Under the pieces are notes generated by a model. It saw nothing but the letters and a program-made list of their open reading frames with translations. It ran no database searches and was not told the origin of the DNA. Below, piece after piece: positions 51,251-61,290 of a stretch of 64,000 nucleotides of DNA (position 1 is its first letter; each line of letters starts with the position of its first letter). Source of the DNA: an uncultured Leptospirales bacterium. GTDB taxonomy: Bacteria; Spirochaetota; UBA4802; UBA5550. Location of the stretch: positions 3,198 to 67,197 of the forward strand of contig CAYMPH010000006.1 of assembly GCA_964392365.1 (NCBI GenBank), read 5' to 3'. The position numbers and the translations under genes are program-made.

Positions 51251-53203
51251 CTATTTTCCTGATAAAGCTTTTTCAACAGTCTGATATTCAGCTTTAGCAT
51301 TCCAGAAAATAAATCCGCTTTGCCCTGATTCCAATGCACCCTTAACCTGAGCATTGATGTAATCAGGGCCCCATGTCGGAGACATCATCTTAAAAGCCTG
51401 CAGATACGGTCTAAGATCTACTCTGTTATTTACAAGTATTACTGCACGTTTTCCCCCATCAAGAACAATCCTGTATGGATGCTCTTCTCTGCCTACAGCC
51501 CGGTAAAATTTATTTCCGAAATGTGACGGATATACCATTGGAGAAATTGCATTAACAATATACGAAAATTCCTCAATATCCTGTCCTATCAGATTTCCGA
51601 AATGATACCATGAATTAAAACCGTATAAATCTACTGATACAGGAATTTTTAAAGACTTTCTGGCTTTGATAAGAAAATCTGACAGGATTTCTGATTTATA
51701 CATTTCCGGATCTTTTTTAAAAGAAAACTGACAAAGTTGAGTAGGACCATCTGAAGGAAATCTTATATAATCATATTGTATTTCATCAAATCCAAGATCC
51801 TCGAGTTCTTTAGCGAGGTCTATATTATATTGCTGAACAAAATCTGAATGAGGATCAACCCAGTATTCGCCTGGTGTTCCCTTCCAGGCTGTTCCGGTTG
51901 CTATATTTTTTATTGCATATTTGCTGTTATAAGCTAAATAAATTTTTTCATCTTTAAAAGTAACAATACGGGCAATTGTATAAATTCCATTGGATTTTAA
52001 TTTTTTAATTACCTCTGCAACTTCAAGAGGTTTTCTAACTGCGCCTATTTCTTTAGCAATGCTGTTTTTTACCGGAAAATATATATTCCCGAAATCATCT
52101 TTCATATCTATTACAACTGCATTTAGTTTTGCTGTTTTTATTGAATCAATAATTGCGTTTAAGTTTCTTTTCACAGCTGGAACGCTCGCGTATAATGCCT
52201 TAATATCTGACCATTTCTCTTTATTTTTCTTGGGGATATTATGATAATTAAAATATAAAACAGGCAGGCTTTCTGTTTCAGAAACTATAACAGATTTAAA
52301 TTCATACTTGAAATTACTTATATATTTATCTGGATTAAATTCAGAAATAATTTTATTCCCTTCAATCAAATATACAGTCGGTCCGGCGCTAATTAGAGTT
52401 TGATTTTTTATTGAAGAAATATGATCAGTATGATACAATGAATCTTTCTGCTTCGGTATATTTACATGCTTCCAAAAACCATTTGAATAATAATATAATC
52501 CCTTACCAAAAGCTGTTCCGGCATATAAATATTTTTTATCAGCAGAATATTCTAAAGACTGAATCTGTTCTGTAAAAAAAATATCTTCCGAATATGGCTC
52601 CTGCGGAAGACCGTTATTAAATTTTATTGCAACGCTATTGTTAAGCCTGAAAACGCCGTTGATTGATGTTCCTGCAATTATTTCATCACCATTAACAGCA
52701 AGTGCCGTTACATAATTCTTTGTGCCAAATGCTGTATTATTTACTTTGTTCCATGTGGTGCCGCCGTCTTTACTTGTGTAAATAGTATGCTTGGTTGATA
52801 GAGCAATATTCAGCGGGTTATTTTTATCAAAAGCAAGAGCGGAAATTTTTCTGTATCCTGCATCATTACCGGACTGCGTTCTTCTTTTAAAATCCGGAGA
52901 CGAAATATTCTGCCAGGAATCATTTTTTGTATCGAGCTTGAATATTCCGGATCTGAAAGTTGTAAGATAATATTCTCCGGAATTTATATATAGCTTCAGA
53001 GGATTAACGTTTTCCGGAAGGCCTTTCACGAATGAACTGAAATATGATCCGCCATTTGTTGAAATATAAACAGCAGTATCAGTTACTGCAAAAACTTTTG
53101 AATCAGATGAATACAAATTTGATGAACATCCGGATAATATAAAAACAACTGCAAGTACCGGAATTTTAAATAAGATTAAACTTCTTTTCAAACATTTCCT
53201 CAT
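51251..53203 (-). CDS. Lipoprotein with N-terminal BNR/sialidase-like beta-propeller and C-terminal putative glycoside-hydrolase TIM-barrel (DUF4015-like)
   Basis: Lipobox ILSGCSS. Asp-box SKDGGTTW. C-terminal AVVIDMKDDFG...WVDP...EIQYDYIRFP pattern resembles COG1306/DUF4015. Confidence 0.6.
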   Translation of the reverse strand: MRKCLKRSLILFKIPVLAVVFILSGCSSNLYSSDSKVFAVTDTAVYISTNGGSYFSSFVKGLPENVNPLKLYINSGEYYLTTFRSGIFKLDTKNDSWQNISSPDFKRRTQSGNDAGYRKISALAFDKNNPLNIALSTKHTIYTSKDGGTTWNKVNNTAFGTKNYVTALAVNGDEIIAGTSINGVFRLNNSVAIKFNNGLPQEPYSEDIFFTEQIQSLEYSADKKYLYAGTAFGKGLYYYSNGFWKHVNIPKQKDSLYHTDHISSIKNQTLISAGPTVYLIEGNKIISEFNPDKYISNFKYEFKSVIVSETESLPVLYFNYHNIPKKNKEKWSDIKALYASVPAVKRNLNAIIDSIKTAKLNAVVIDMKDDFGNIYFPVKNSIAKEIGAVRKPLEVAEVIKKLKSNGIYTIARIVTFKDEKIYLAYNSKYAIKNIATGTAWKGTPGEYWVDPHSDFVQQYNIDLAKELEDLGFDEIQYDYIRFPSDGPTQLCQFSFKKDPEMYKSEILSDFLIKARKSLKIPVSVDLYGFNSWYHFGNLIGQDIEEFSYIVNAISPMVYPSHFGNKFYRAVGREEHPYRIVLDGGKRAVILVNNRVDLRPYLQAFKMMSPTWGPDYINAQVKGALESGQSGFIFWNAKAEYQTVEKALSGK

Positions 53204-54851
53204 TTAAAATAATATAAGAATATCCCTGTTCAGTAAGAAAAAGCTGTCTGTTATGGGAAAATTTTTCTTCAACGGAATTTGAAGTTACTACAGTGTAAAA
53301 GTATGCCCGGTTGTCTTCTTTTTTCGGCCTGAGTATCCTTCCGAGTCTTTGAGCTTCCTCCTGTCTTGAACCAAATGTTCCTGAAATCTGAATCGCAACA
53401 TTTGCATCCGGAAGATCAATTGAAAAATTTGCAACCTTTGAAACGATTAAAGTTTTTATTTCACTTAAACGGAATTTCTGATAGAGCGTTTCCCTTTCTG
53501 CAACAGGCGTAGCTCCTGTTATAAGGGGATAATTAAACCTTTTTGCATATTCCTTAAGCTGAGTTATATACTGGCCAATAATAAGTATATTAGCGCCTTC
53601 GTGATTGGTAATAATTTTTTTTACTGCATCCATTTTTCTTTCATTTTCAGATGCTATTCTAAATTTGTCCCTGTCTTTAGATATAGAATAATGCATTCTC
53701 AATTCATCAGGAAGATCAACCCGGACTTCTGTACATAGAGCCTGCGCAATCCACTGTGATTTTTCCAGAACTTTCCACGGCATATCATATTTCTTTGGAC
53801 CGATCAAACTGAATACATCTGATTCCATTCCATCTTCCCTGATAAGAGTAGCTGTGAGTCCGAGTCTTCTTTTTGACTGAATTTCTGAAGTCATTCTGAA
53901 GACAGGAGCCGGAAGAAGATGCACTTCATCGTAAATAATAAGTCCCCAGTTTTTTTTGCCGAAAATATCAAAATGCAAAAAAGGGCCATTCTTGTCTTTT
54001 CTATAAGTTAAAATATTATATGTAGCAATAGTTATAGACTTTACTTCTTTTATCTCTCCAGAAAACTCTCCAAGTAATTCAGGATCAATATCAGTTTTGT
54101 TTTTAATTTCCTCTTTCCACTGCCTTAGAGCTACCGTATTTGTAACGAGAATAAGGGTTTCTGTTTTAAGCATAGCCATTATTCCTATACCAATTATTGT
54201 CTTACCTGCACCGCAGGGCAGAACAACAATTCCGCTGCCGCCATCCGGTCCTCCGCCTCTGTAAAATGCATTCATTGAACTCTGCTGATAATCTCTAATT
54301 ACAAAATTCTCTTCATGTGCTAATTTATCTTTGAGGTTTATTTCACATGGATCGCCTTTTTCGTAACCGGCAAGATCCTCAACAGGAAATCCGATTTTTA
54401 TAAGAGCCTGTTTTATATGACCTCTATAATTTGCTTTTATTTTGATATTGTTGCCATCAAGTCTTGTATCAATATAAACATTAACTTTTTTATCGTTTAC
54501 TATTTCATTGAGAAGAATTGAATCTTTTGATGTAAGAATTATTTCACCATTAACCATAACAAGCTTTAACAGCCCGTATCTCTGCATCTGTTCCTTAATA
54601 GTTGTCCTGACTATTTCAGGTATCTCATAACGCGAAAATTTAAGAAGTACGTCAATAATATGCTGAAATTTAAGACCTGAAGAAGCAGCATTCCATAATG
54701 ATAATGGACTTATTCTATATGAATGAATATGCTCAGGGCTTTTTTCAAGCTCTGCAAATGGTGCTATTGAATCTCTTGCTGTTTCAAATTCAGGATTATC
54801 CACTTCAAGTAAAAGTGTATTATCACTCTGAACAATTAAAGGTTTTGTCAT
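53166..54851 (-). CDS. XPB/Rad25 (ERCC3)-family SF2 DNA helicase
   Basis: Walker A VLPCGAGKT. DEVH box IIYDEVHLL. Characteristic RED motif (LIREDG). N-terminal damage-recognition-like domain. 561 aa, like mycobacterial XPB. Its 3' end overlaps the start of the upstream gene by 38 nt. Confidence 0.85.
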   Translation of the reverse strand: MTKPLIVQSDNTLLLEVDNPEFETARDSIAPFAELEKSPEHIHSYRISPLSLWNAASSGLKFQHIIDVLLKFSRYEIPEIVRTTIKEQMQRYGLLKLVMVNGEIILTSKDSILLNEIVNDKKVNVYIDTRLDGNNIKIKANYRGHIKQALIKIGFPVEDLAGYEKGDPCEINLKDKLAHEENFVIRDYQQSSMNAFYRGGGPDGGSGIVVLPCGAGKTIIGIGIMAMLKTETLILVTNTVALRQWKEEIKNKTDIDPELLGEFSGEIKEVKSITIATYNILTYRKDKNGPFLHFDIFGKKNWGLIIYDEVHLLPAPVFRMTSEIQSKRRLGLTATLIREDGMESDVFSLIGPKKYDMPWKVLEKSQWIAQALCTEVRVDLPDELRMHYSISKDRDKFRIASENERKMDAVKKIITNHEGANILIIGQYITQLKEYAKRFNYPLITGATPVAERETLYQKFRLSEIKTLIVSKVANFSIDLPDANVAIQISGTFGSRQEEAQRLGRILRPKKEDNRAYFYTVVTSNSVEEKFSHNRQLFLTEQGYSYIILNEEMFEKKFNLI

Positions 54852-54936
54852 TAATTAAGCCCGCCGGTTGGATTTGTTGGCAAAAAGTAATAATAATGAT
54901 TCTTTTGTCAACCATAAAATTTGACAGCGAGTTCAT

Positions 54937-55722
54937 TTAATTTGAAAAAGCATAACCGGCAGAAAGGATGAAACTTAAGGAGTGATTTATAAAATCTTTT
55001 ATATCAGGTGCATATGCGATACCGGTTTGTGAATTGGTAAAACTTAAAGGCGCTGCAAGAGACATTACATTCATTGTCCAATCAAAACCAACTGAAACAA
55101 AAAGTCCTCCTGCAAAATAAGCAGTAAAATTTGCCTCTCCTCCCATTGAAAAACCGCCTGCATAAACTTCGGTTGAATATGAGGTTTTATTTAATGCATA
55201 AGCAACTGTTGCCGGAGTTAATCCGCCAAATGAATATCCGAAGTATGGTGTAAAAGTAATATCCCAGGATTTTCTGTTTGTTACATGAGCAGATAATCCG
55301 GCATATATTGAGATATCCCTGTATGCAATCTGGCTCCAGTTCTGATAATTAGGTCCGAAAAGAGTTCGTTGAATATTCAGTGTGCCTTTTAATTTTGTTT
55401 TTATACCAAGATGATCAATCGGCATATATTCAAAAATAAATCCTGCTGAAAAAGCTATATCCGAAAGCCATACCAGCTTTGAAGTTCCAGATGAGGTGAA
55501 TGTATAGACTGTATTATCAATGAACTTGTTCTCAGCAGTAATTGTATCGCCAATGATTCCGCCCATTGAAAAAAAAGCTCCAAGCAGCATCTGCCCTTTA
55601 TGAGCTCCAATTGGCTCTTTATCAAGATCAGCAAATTTTGATGCAGCTACTGCACTTGTGTAAATTGCTAAAAATAAAAAAAATGCAGTAGATCTGGTAA
55701 TTATTTTTTTAAATACACTCAT
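54937..55722 (-). CDS. Outer-membrane beta-barrel protein candidate
   Basis: Signal peptide. Amphipathic beta-strand pattern. 261 aa. Confidence 0.5.
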   Translation of the reverse strand: MSVFKKIITRSTAFFLFLAIYTSAVAASKFADLDKEPIGAHKGQMLLGAFFSMGGIIGDTITAENKFIDNTVYTFTSSGTSKLVWLSDIAFSAGFIFEYMPIDHLGIKTKLKGTLNIQRTLFGPNYQNWSQIAYRDISIYAGLSAHVTNRKSWDITFTPYFGYSFGGLTPATVAYALNKTSYSTEVYAGGFSMGGEANFTAYFAGGLFVSVGFDWTMNVMSLAAPLSFTNSQTGIAYAPDIKDFINHSLSFILSAGYAFSN

Positions 55723-55757
55723 AAAAGTATATTAAACTTGAACTGAATTAATGTCAA

Positions 55758-56297
55758 TTATTTAACTGATTTTATATGATATCTTAATTCACCGATTCTT
55801 TCTTTAACTGGAATTGATATATCAAAAGCTGTTTTATATATTTCAAAAACCGGGCTGATTACTTCATATTTATCTTTAATAAGTATTTTTTTAAAACTTT
55901 CCCAGTGATAAAATAAATTTTCAGGATTTCCTTTTAGCTTCATTGATGCATATTCCCCAGCAGCTAAATTCATTTTTTCTATATTTAATCCTTCAAATTT
56001 TGTGATATCGAGACCTTTAACAGAAATAATTCCAAGCTGCCAATCATTATTGGTTAAAAATCTTCCAACGGAATATTCTCCAATATTTCTTTTTTTTGTT
56101 AAATCTATCCATTTTATTATCAAATCAACTGCATCATCAAATTTTCCGCCTTTCCAGTGATATGTAATATAGTAAAAATTTCCGCCTTCCCAATTTATTA
56201 TTTCATAAGGTTTACCTTTATTTTCAATAATTACCGGAACAGAGCAGGATAAAAATCCTAGCATAATAGAAATGATGAAAATTGATACTTTTTTCAT
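55758..56297 (-). CDS. Lipoprotein, unknown function
   Basis: Lipobox MLGFLSCS. AAGGAG Shine-Dalgarno 5 nt upstream of ATG 56297. The track's longer start at 56360 is rejected. Confidence 0.55.
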   Translation of the reverse strand: MKKVSIFIISIMLGFLSCSVPVIIENKGKPYEIINWEGGNFYYITYHWKGGKFDDAVDLIIKWIDLTKKRNIGEYSVGRFLTNNDWQLGIISVKGLDITKFEGLNIEKMNLAAGEYASMKLKGNPENLFYHWESFKKILIKDKYEVISPVFEIYKTAFDISIPVKERIGELRYHIKSVK

Positions 56298-56496
56298 GAT
56301 ATTCTCCTTATATAACTTGATGAATTTATTAAATATATCATTTTTATCAGATTTATTCAATGTATTATTATTGTTTTATTTTATTTTTAAAAATATTTAC
56401 CTATTGATTATCTGCCAATAATTTTCTTATTGCATAAATCATTTCATTTTAAACAAATATACCAACAGCAAGTCATACAATAATTCTGGAGGCCCA

Positions 56497-57741
56497 ATGA
56501 AATATCTTGTTATAGGTTCAGGCGGAAGAGAGCACGCAATTGCATGGAGACTTATGAATGATGGAAGCGCTCATGAAGTTTATGTAGCTCCGGGAAATGG
56601 CGGCATAGAAGATAAATTTAGAATTAATATAAAAGCGGATAATTTTAAGGCAGTTGAAGAAGCCTGTTTATTAAAAAAAATAGATTGTGTTGTTGTTGGA
56701 CCTGAAATTCCTCTGGCTGCCGGAATAGTTGATTTTTTATATTCAAAAAAAATTCCGGCTTTCGGACCAAGCGCATCAGCTTCAATGATTGAAGGCAGCA
56801 AGCTTTTTGCCAAACATATTATGGAAAAATATAATATACCAACTGCCTCTCACCGAGATTTTATAGGGAAAGATTCAATTTTAAAATACATAGAAACAGT
56901 TAAAGATTATCCGATTGTAATCAAGCTTGACGGCCTTGCTGCAGGTAAAGGTGTTGCAATCCCGGAAACTAAAGCTGAAGCAATAGAATTTATTAATCAA
57001 AATGTTGTTGAAGATATGAAAATTTTTGTAGAGGAATTCATTGATGGAGTGGAAGCGTCAATTCTGGGCATTTCAGATGGAAATGATATTCTGCCTTTTA
57101 TTCCTGCTCAGGATCACAAAAGGATATATGAAGGCGATAAAGGCCCGAATACAGGCGGTATGGGAGCTTACGCGCCTGCTCAGATAGTAACAGATGAAAT
57201 GCTGAAACAGATTAAAAAGAATGTTCTCCAGCCTGCAATTGACGGTATGAAAAATGAAGGCATTCCATTCAAGGGAATTCTTTATGCAGGTCTTATGATA
57301 TCAAAAAACAAACTCTGGGTTCTTGAATTTAATGCCCGTTTCGGCGATCCGGAAACCCAGGTAATTCTGCCCCTTCTTGATGTTAAACTTGGTGATCTGA
57401 TTAATGCATCAATTTCCGGCGGACTCTCCAAAGAGAAAATTGCCTTTAAAAATGAACATGCAATATCTGTAGTAATGTCTTCCGGCGGATATCCGGGAGA
57501 TTACAAAAAGAATATTGAAATAAGAGGTCTTGAGGATGTTTCCAAAGATGTAATAGTTTTCCACGCAGGTACAGAAAAAAATAATGGGAAAATTGTTACT
57601 GCAGGCGGCAGGGTACTGAATCTTACTGCTATAGGTAAAACACTTGAAAATGCAAAAGACAAGGTATATTCTCAAATAGAAAAAATAAAATTCGATAAAG
57701 CATTTTATAGAAGAGATATTGGACATAGAGCCTTTGAATAA
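56497..57741 (+). CDS. purD: Phosphoribosylamine--glycine ligase
   Basis: MKYLVIGSGGREHAIAWRL N-terminus and ATP-grasp core. 414 aa. CTGGAGG Shine-Dalgarno site. Confidence 0.95.
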   Translation: MKYLVIGSGGREHAIAWRLMNDGSAHEVYVAPGNGGIEDKFRINIKADNFKAVEEACLLKKIDCVVVGPEIPLAAGIVDFLYSKKIPAFGPSASASMIEGSKLFAKHIMEKYNIPTASHRDFIGKDSILKYIETVKDYPIVIKLDGLAAGKGVAIPETKAEAIEFINQNVVEDMKIFVEEFIDGVEASILGISDGNDILPFIPAQDHKRIYEGDKGPNTGGMGAYAPAQIVTDEMLKQIKKNVLQPAIDGMKNEGIPFKGILYAGLMISKNKLWVLEFNARFGDPETQVILPLLDVKLGDLINASISGGLSKEKIAFKNEHAISVVMSSGGYPGDYKKNIEIRGLEDVSKDVIVFHAGTEKNNGKIVTAGGRVLNLTAIGKTLENAKDKVYSQIEKIKFDKAFYRRDIGHRAFE

Positions 57742-57799
57742 ATTCTAATATAAATCAATCATTTAAACGATAATTAAAAGAAAACAATAAACGGTAAAT

Positions 57800-58351
57800 A
57801 TGAAAAAATCACTTCTTTTAATTATCCTTTGTACAGTAATATCATCTGCAATAATGATATTCGCTTCAACTATATCATATAATAAAGACGGCTCAATAAC
57901 TCAAACCGATTCAAATGGAAATAAAACTATAATTAATATGGATGGTAAAACACCTGAAGGTGAAATTATTCCAGATGAATTAAAGAAAATTAAAATCGGA
58001 AATACTGAATTGGAAGTAATATATTCAGGAGCAATGTCTGATATGCCTTTATCATTTTATAAAAATGACGGTTATATAAAGAAATTTTATGCATCGCTTA
58101 TAAATAAATCAACAGCAAGATTAACAGAAGCAAATATTAATGGAAAAAATATAAAAATAATAATTTCAAACTGCCGCATAGGGAAAACCGGATTATGCGG
58201 AAGAACTAATCGGACTGATGTAAAACTTACTGTTTATAAAAACAATGAAATTCTTGATGAGATTGTTTTAAGTCACGGGAATATACTCGGGAAAAACAAT
58301 TATTCAATAGCAGCAAAAGTCTGTGTAGACAGAATATTCAGTAAATTATAA
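57800..58351 (+). CDS. Secreted hypothetical protein
   Basis: Signal peptide. 183 aa. No motif. Confidence 0.45.
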   Translation: MKKSLLLIILCTVISSAIMIFASTISYNKDGSITQTDSNGNKTIINMDGKTPEGEIIPDELKKIKIGNTELEVIYSGAMSDMPLSFYKNDGYIKKFYASLINKSTARLTEANINGKNIKIIISNCRIGKTGLCGRTNRTDVKLTVYKNNEILDEIVLSHGNILGKNNYSIAAKVCVDRIFSKL

Positions 58352-58363
58352 TAAAAATATTAT

Positions 58364-60205
58364 TCAGCGATTAAGAGCTTTATTGATTGCTTCAATAACA
58401 TCTTTTTCGCTGTATACATCTCTCAGGCAAAGTGGTGAATAAAAAGAATTTCCTTTTGGAAACACTGCAAGAAATGGAATAGATCTGCTTCCAAGAAGTT
58501 CCAGAAGTTTTTCCGCATCAGGACTTTTTCTTGTAATATCAGCAGTAAGAACTTCAATATTATTTTCATTTAAAATTTTACTTACACCGCTTGTATTAAG
58601 AGAAAGCTTCTCAACAAGGGAACAGTTAGGACACCAGTCTGCTGTCCATTTCACAATAGTTACTTTTTTATTTTTATTGCTGTATAGTTTTTCAACTGAA
58701 AATTCATTTTTTATAATTTCAACATTTTCTATTTTAAATAAATATTCGAACGAAAGTAAATATCCTCCGGAAATAATTATAATCAAAAGTGCTATAGAAA
58801 CAATTCTTTTTTTTCTGATATTAATCACAGAACCGAATTTTCCATATTGCCATAAACCCATTGCTGTCACAGCCAGAAATAATACCATCGGCAATAATGA
58901 CTCTTTATCAAAAATCGTTAGAAGATATACCACAGTAAATATTAAAAGAAAACCCATTAAAATTTCAAATACTCTGAGCCAATTTCCAGGTTTAGGTATA
59001 AATTTTATAAGCCTGGGATTTATTGTAAGAGCAAGATACGGAATAGACATTCCAATTCCAACGCTTATAAATATCATAAATATTATTACCGGGGGCTGAG
59101 AAAATGCCCAGGAAAGAGTACCGCCAAGAAAAGGTCCGCTGCAGGGTGTTGCAAGCAGTGTTGCTAAAAGTCCTTTAATATAAGCATCAGCAAATTGATT
59201 ACTTTGCTTTTTTGAAAGATTTCCGGCAAAATTCGGTGTATTTATTGTAAAAACTCCGAACATTGAAAGTGCCATTGCAAAAACAAGAAGTGTCATTACA
59301 ATAAGAAATATTCTATGCTGAAATAATCCTCCCCAGTTATACCCGAAAAAAGCTGCAAGTGCTGCAAGAGCAGTAAAACTGGTAATAATACCTGCAGAAA
59401 AAAGCAAACCGAGCAAAATTAAATCTTTTCTACTTTTTCCTGCACTTTGAACAAATCCCAAAATCTTCAGACTGACAACAGGAAGAACGCATGGCATAAA
59501 ATTCAAGATAAGACCGGCCAGGAGTCCGAATAGTATTGCCTGTAAAAGTCCAGTTACATTTGAACTTGTAAATTCAGGTTTAAAACTCTCCCGGTCAAAA
59601 ATTTTTGATATGTCATTATTTTCAAGTGATTCATTTTTTACTGATTTATTAGTTAATAGAGGTTCCGATGATTTTTCATATTGCTTGATTAATTCATCAG
59701 AAATTACAGTTCCTGTTTCACCGGGTTTAATGACTTTTATTAAATATTCAAATTTAATATTTTTCGGAATGCATGCTGAATCAGTACAAAGGAGTGCATC
59801 TATTTTTAAACTGTGCTTTTTAAAATCACCAGGAACAGACTTTTTATCAGCTATTATAGGAATAAATATTTTTGTTTCATTTGAATACCCCCAGGTAAAT
59901 TCCTTTTCTCCCGGAGTATAAAATTTTTCCGGCTGGAGATATCTAGCATTTTTAAAATTTATTTCTTCTGTTGATTTGATAATAACTTCAGTAGCTTTGC
60001 CGATACCGGGACCCTTTGGATTTCCATAGATATGACTTCCGGAAGGAATTTCGATTTGTAATGTCAGGAATGATTCTTTGCCAGCTTCAATTTCAAAAGA
60101 TTGAGGAATAGGATAAACTTTATATTCATTATATTTTTTTCCAGCACAACCAGCTGTAAAAGATATAGCCAGTAAAAGAAAAAAAATATGTACAGTTCTG
60201 AGCAT
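58364..60205 (-). CDS. dsbD: Thiol:disulfide interchange protein DsbD-like (CcdA-type membrane core plus C-terminal thioredoxin domain)
   Basis: Signal peptide. Membrane-core Cys pair (NFMPCVLPVV and LLATPCSGPF). C-terminal thioredoxin CxxC (WTADWCPNC). Confidence 0.85.
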   Translation of the reverse strand: MLRTVHIFFLLLAISFTAGCAGKKYNEYKVYPIPQSFEIEAGKESFLTLQIEIPSGSHIYGNPKGPGIGKATEVIIKSTEEINFKNARYLQPEKFYTPGEKEFTWGYSNETKIFIPIIADKKSVPGDFKKHSLKIDALLCTDSACIPKNIKFEYLIKVIKPGETGTVISDELIKQYEKSSEPLLTNKSVKNESLENNDISKIFDRESFKPEFTSSNVTGLLQAILFGLLAGLILNFMPCVLPVVSLKILGFVQSAGKSRKDLILLGLLFSAGIITSFTALAALAAFFGYNWGGLFQHRIFLIVMTLLVFAMALSMFGVFTINTPNFAGNLSKKQSNQFADAYIKGLLATLLATPCSGPFLGGTLSWAFSQPPVIIFMIFISVGIGMSIPYLALTINPRLIKFIPKPGNWLRVFEILMGFLLIFTVVYLLTIFDKESLLPMVLFLAVTAMGLWQYGKFGSVINIRKKRIVSIALLIIIISGGYLLSFEYLFKIENVEIIKNEFSVEKLYSNKNKKVTIVKWTADWCPNCSLVEKLSLNTSGVSKILNENNIEVLTADITRKSPDAEKLLELLGSRSIPFLAVFPKGNSFYSPLCLRDVYSEKDVIEAINKALNR

Positions 60206-60208
60206 CAG

Positions 60209-60382
60209 CTACCTTTTCTTTTTTTTATCCAGAAGCGGGCATCCGACAATATTATCTCCGTTTAAAACTCTATGCTCAATTTCATAATTATATTTGCATA
60301 AAACTGAATCCGCCCTATGGTCAATATGAAATTCACATTTTTTACACTGATCTACGGTCATAACGTTCATTGGATTCTCCAT
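60209..60382 (-). CDS. Small Cys-rich (zinc-ribbon-like) protein, 57 aa, immediately upstream of dsbD
   Basis: Hand translation: MENPMNVMTVDQCKKCEFHIDHRADSVLCKYNYEIEHRVLNGDNIVGCPLLDKKKKR. CxxC...C...C spacing. Below the ORF-track cutoff. Confidence 0.3.
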   Translation of the reverse strand: MENPMNVMTVDQCKKCEFHIDHRADSVLCKYNYEIEHRVLNGDNIVGCPLLDKKKKR

Positions 60383-60480
60383 ATTTTAAAAATATCAAAG
60401 AGACATAATAAAAATTATTGTAATTATGTAAAGAATAAATCATTTCTTAATTTTCTTCACCTATATAAAATATAAATCAA

Positions 60481-61290
60481 TTATTTTATTGCATATACTT
60501 CAATAGTATCTGAAAATTTAAAAATCTTTGAAAAAATAATATAAATACTTTTAAAAATCGGGAACAGAATTGACTTACTGTTAAAAACTCTTTCCGGATG
60601 AAATCCGGCAGCATTAATTTGAATTTTTTTAAATCCAACCTTTTTTAGAATTTTCTTTACTGATTCAGGTGAAAAATCAACTCTGTGATCTTCCGGATGT
60701 TTTTCAACCCACTCCTCCCGATTAAAATAAAACAATGGCCCGAAAATGGATGGCACTGCCATAGCAAAAACTCCCCCATTTTCAAGAATTGAAAAAATTT
60801 TATTCAATACCTGCACAGGATCATAATTGTGTTCTATAAAATACCAGGATGTTATAACATCAAATTTATCAGATATTTTAATATTATTGAAAGAACTCAT
60901 AATTGTTTCTATACCGAAATTTGAAATACAGTATTGAGAGGCAAAAGGTGAGATTTCAATTCCAAGAGTTTTTTTATAGCCTGCATCAGACGCACATTTC
61001 AGAAAAAATCCTAATGCAGAACCAATATCAAGAATAGAATTATTATTGCCGTTTGAGATTTGTTTTATCTGTTCAATGCGATTTTTTGATATTGAATAAA
61101 TATGATCAAAATCCTCTTCATAGGTTTTGCCATATTGTTTTTTATAATCAGAAGTAAAATATGAATCTGTATAGTCGATGAGTTTGTGTTTTGTGTTATA
61201 TCCGCAACCGCAGAAACTGCATTTATTTAAACCGCTGCTTAAGAGAATTTTTCTCTCCGATCCGCAAAGCGGGCAGAGATTATTTATCAT
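60481..61290 (-). CDS. SAM-dependent methyltransferase with N-terminal zinc-ribbon
   Basis: N-terminal CPLCGS...CSFCGC zinc ribbon. Motif I LDIGSALGFF. Methyltransferase type 11/12-like. Confidence 0.8.
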   Translation of the reverse strand: MINNLCPLCGSERKILLSSGLNKCSFCGCGYNTKHKLIDYTDSYFTSDYKKQYGKTYEEDFDHIYSISKNRIEQIKQISNGNNNSILDIGSALGFFLKCASDAGYKKTLGIEISPFASQYCISNFGIETIMSSFNNIKISDKFDVITSWYFIEHNYDPVQVLNKIFSILENGGVFAMAVPSIFGPLFYFNREEWVEKHPEDHRVDFSPESVKKILKKVGFKKIQINAAGFHPERVFNSKSILFPIFKSIYIIFSKIFKFSDTIEVYAIK

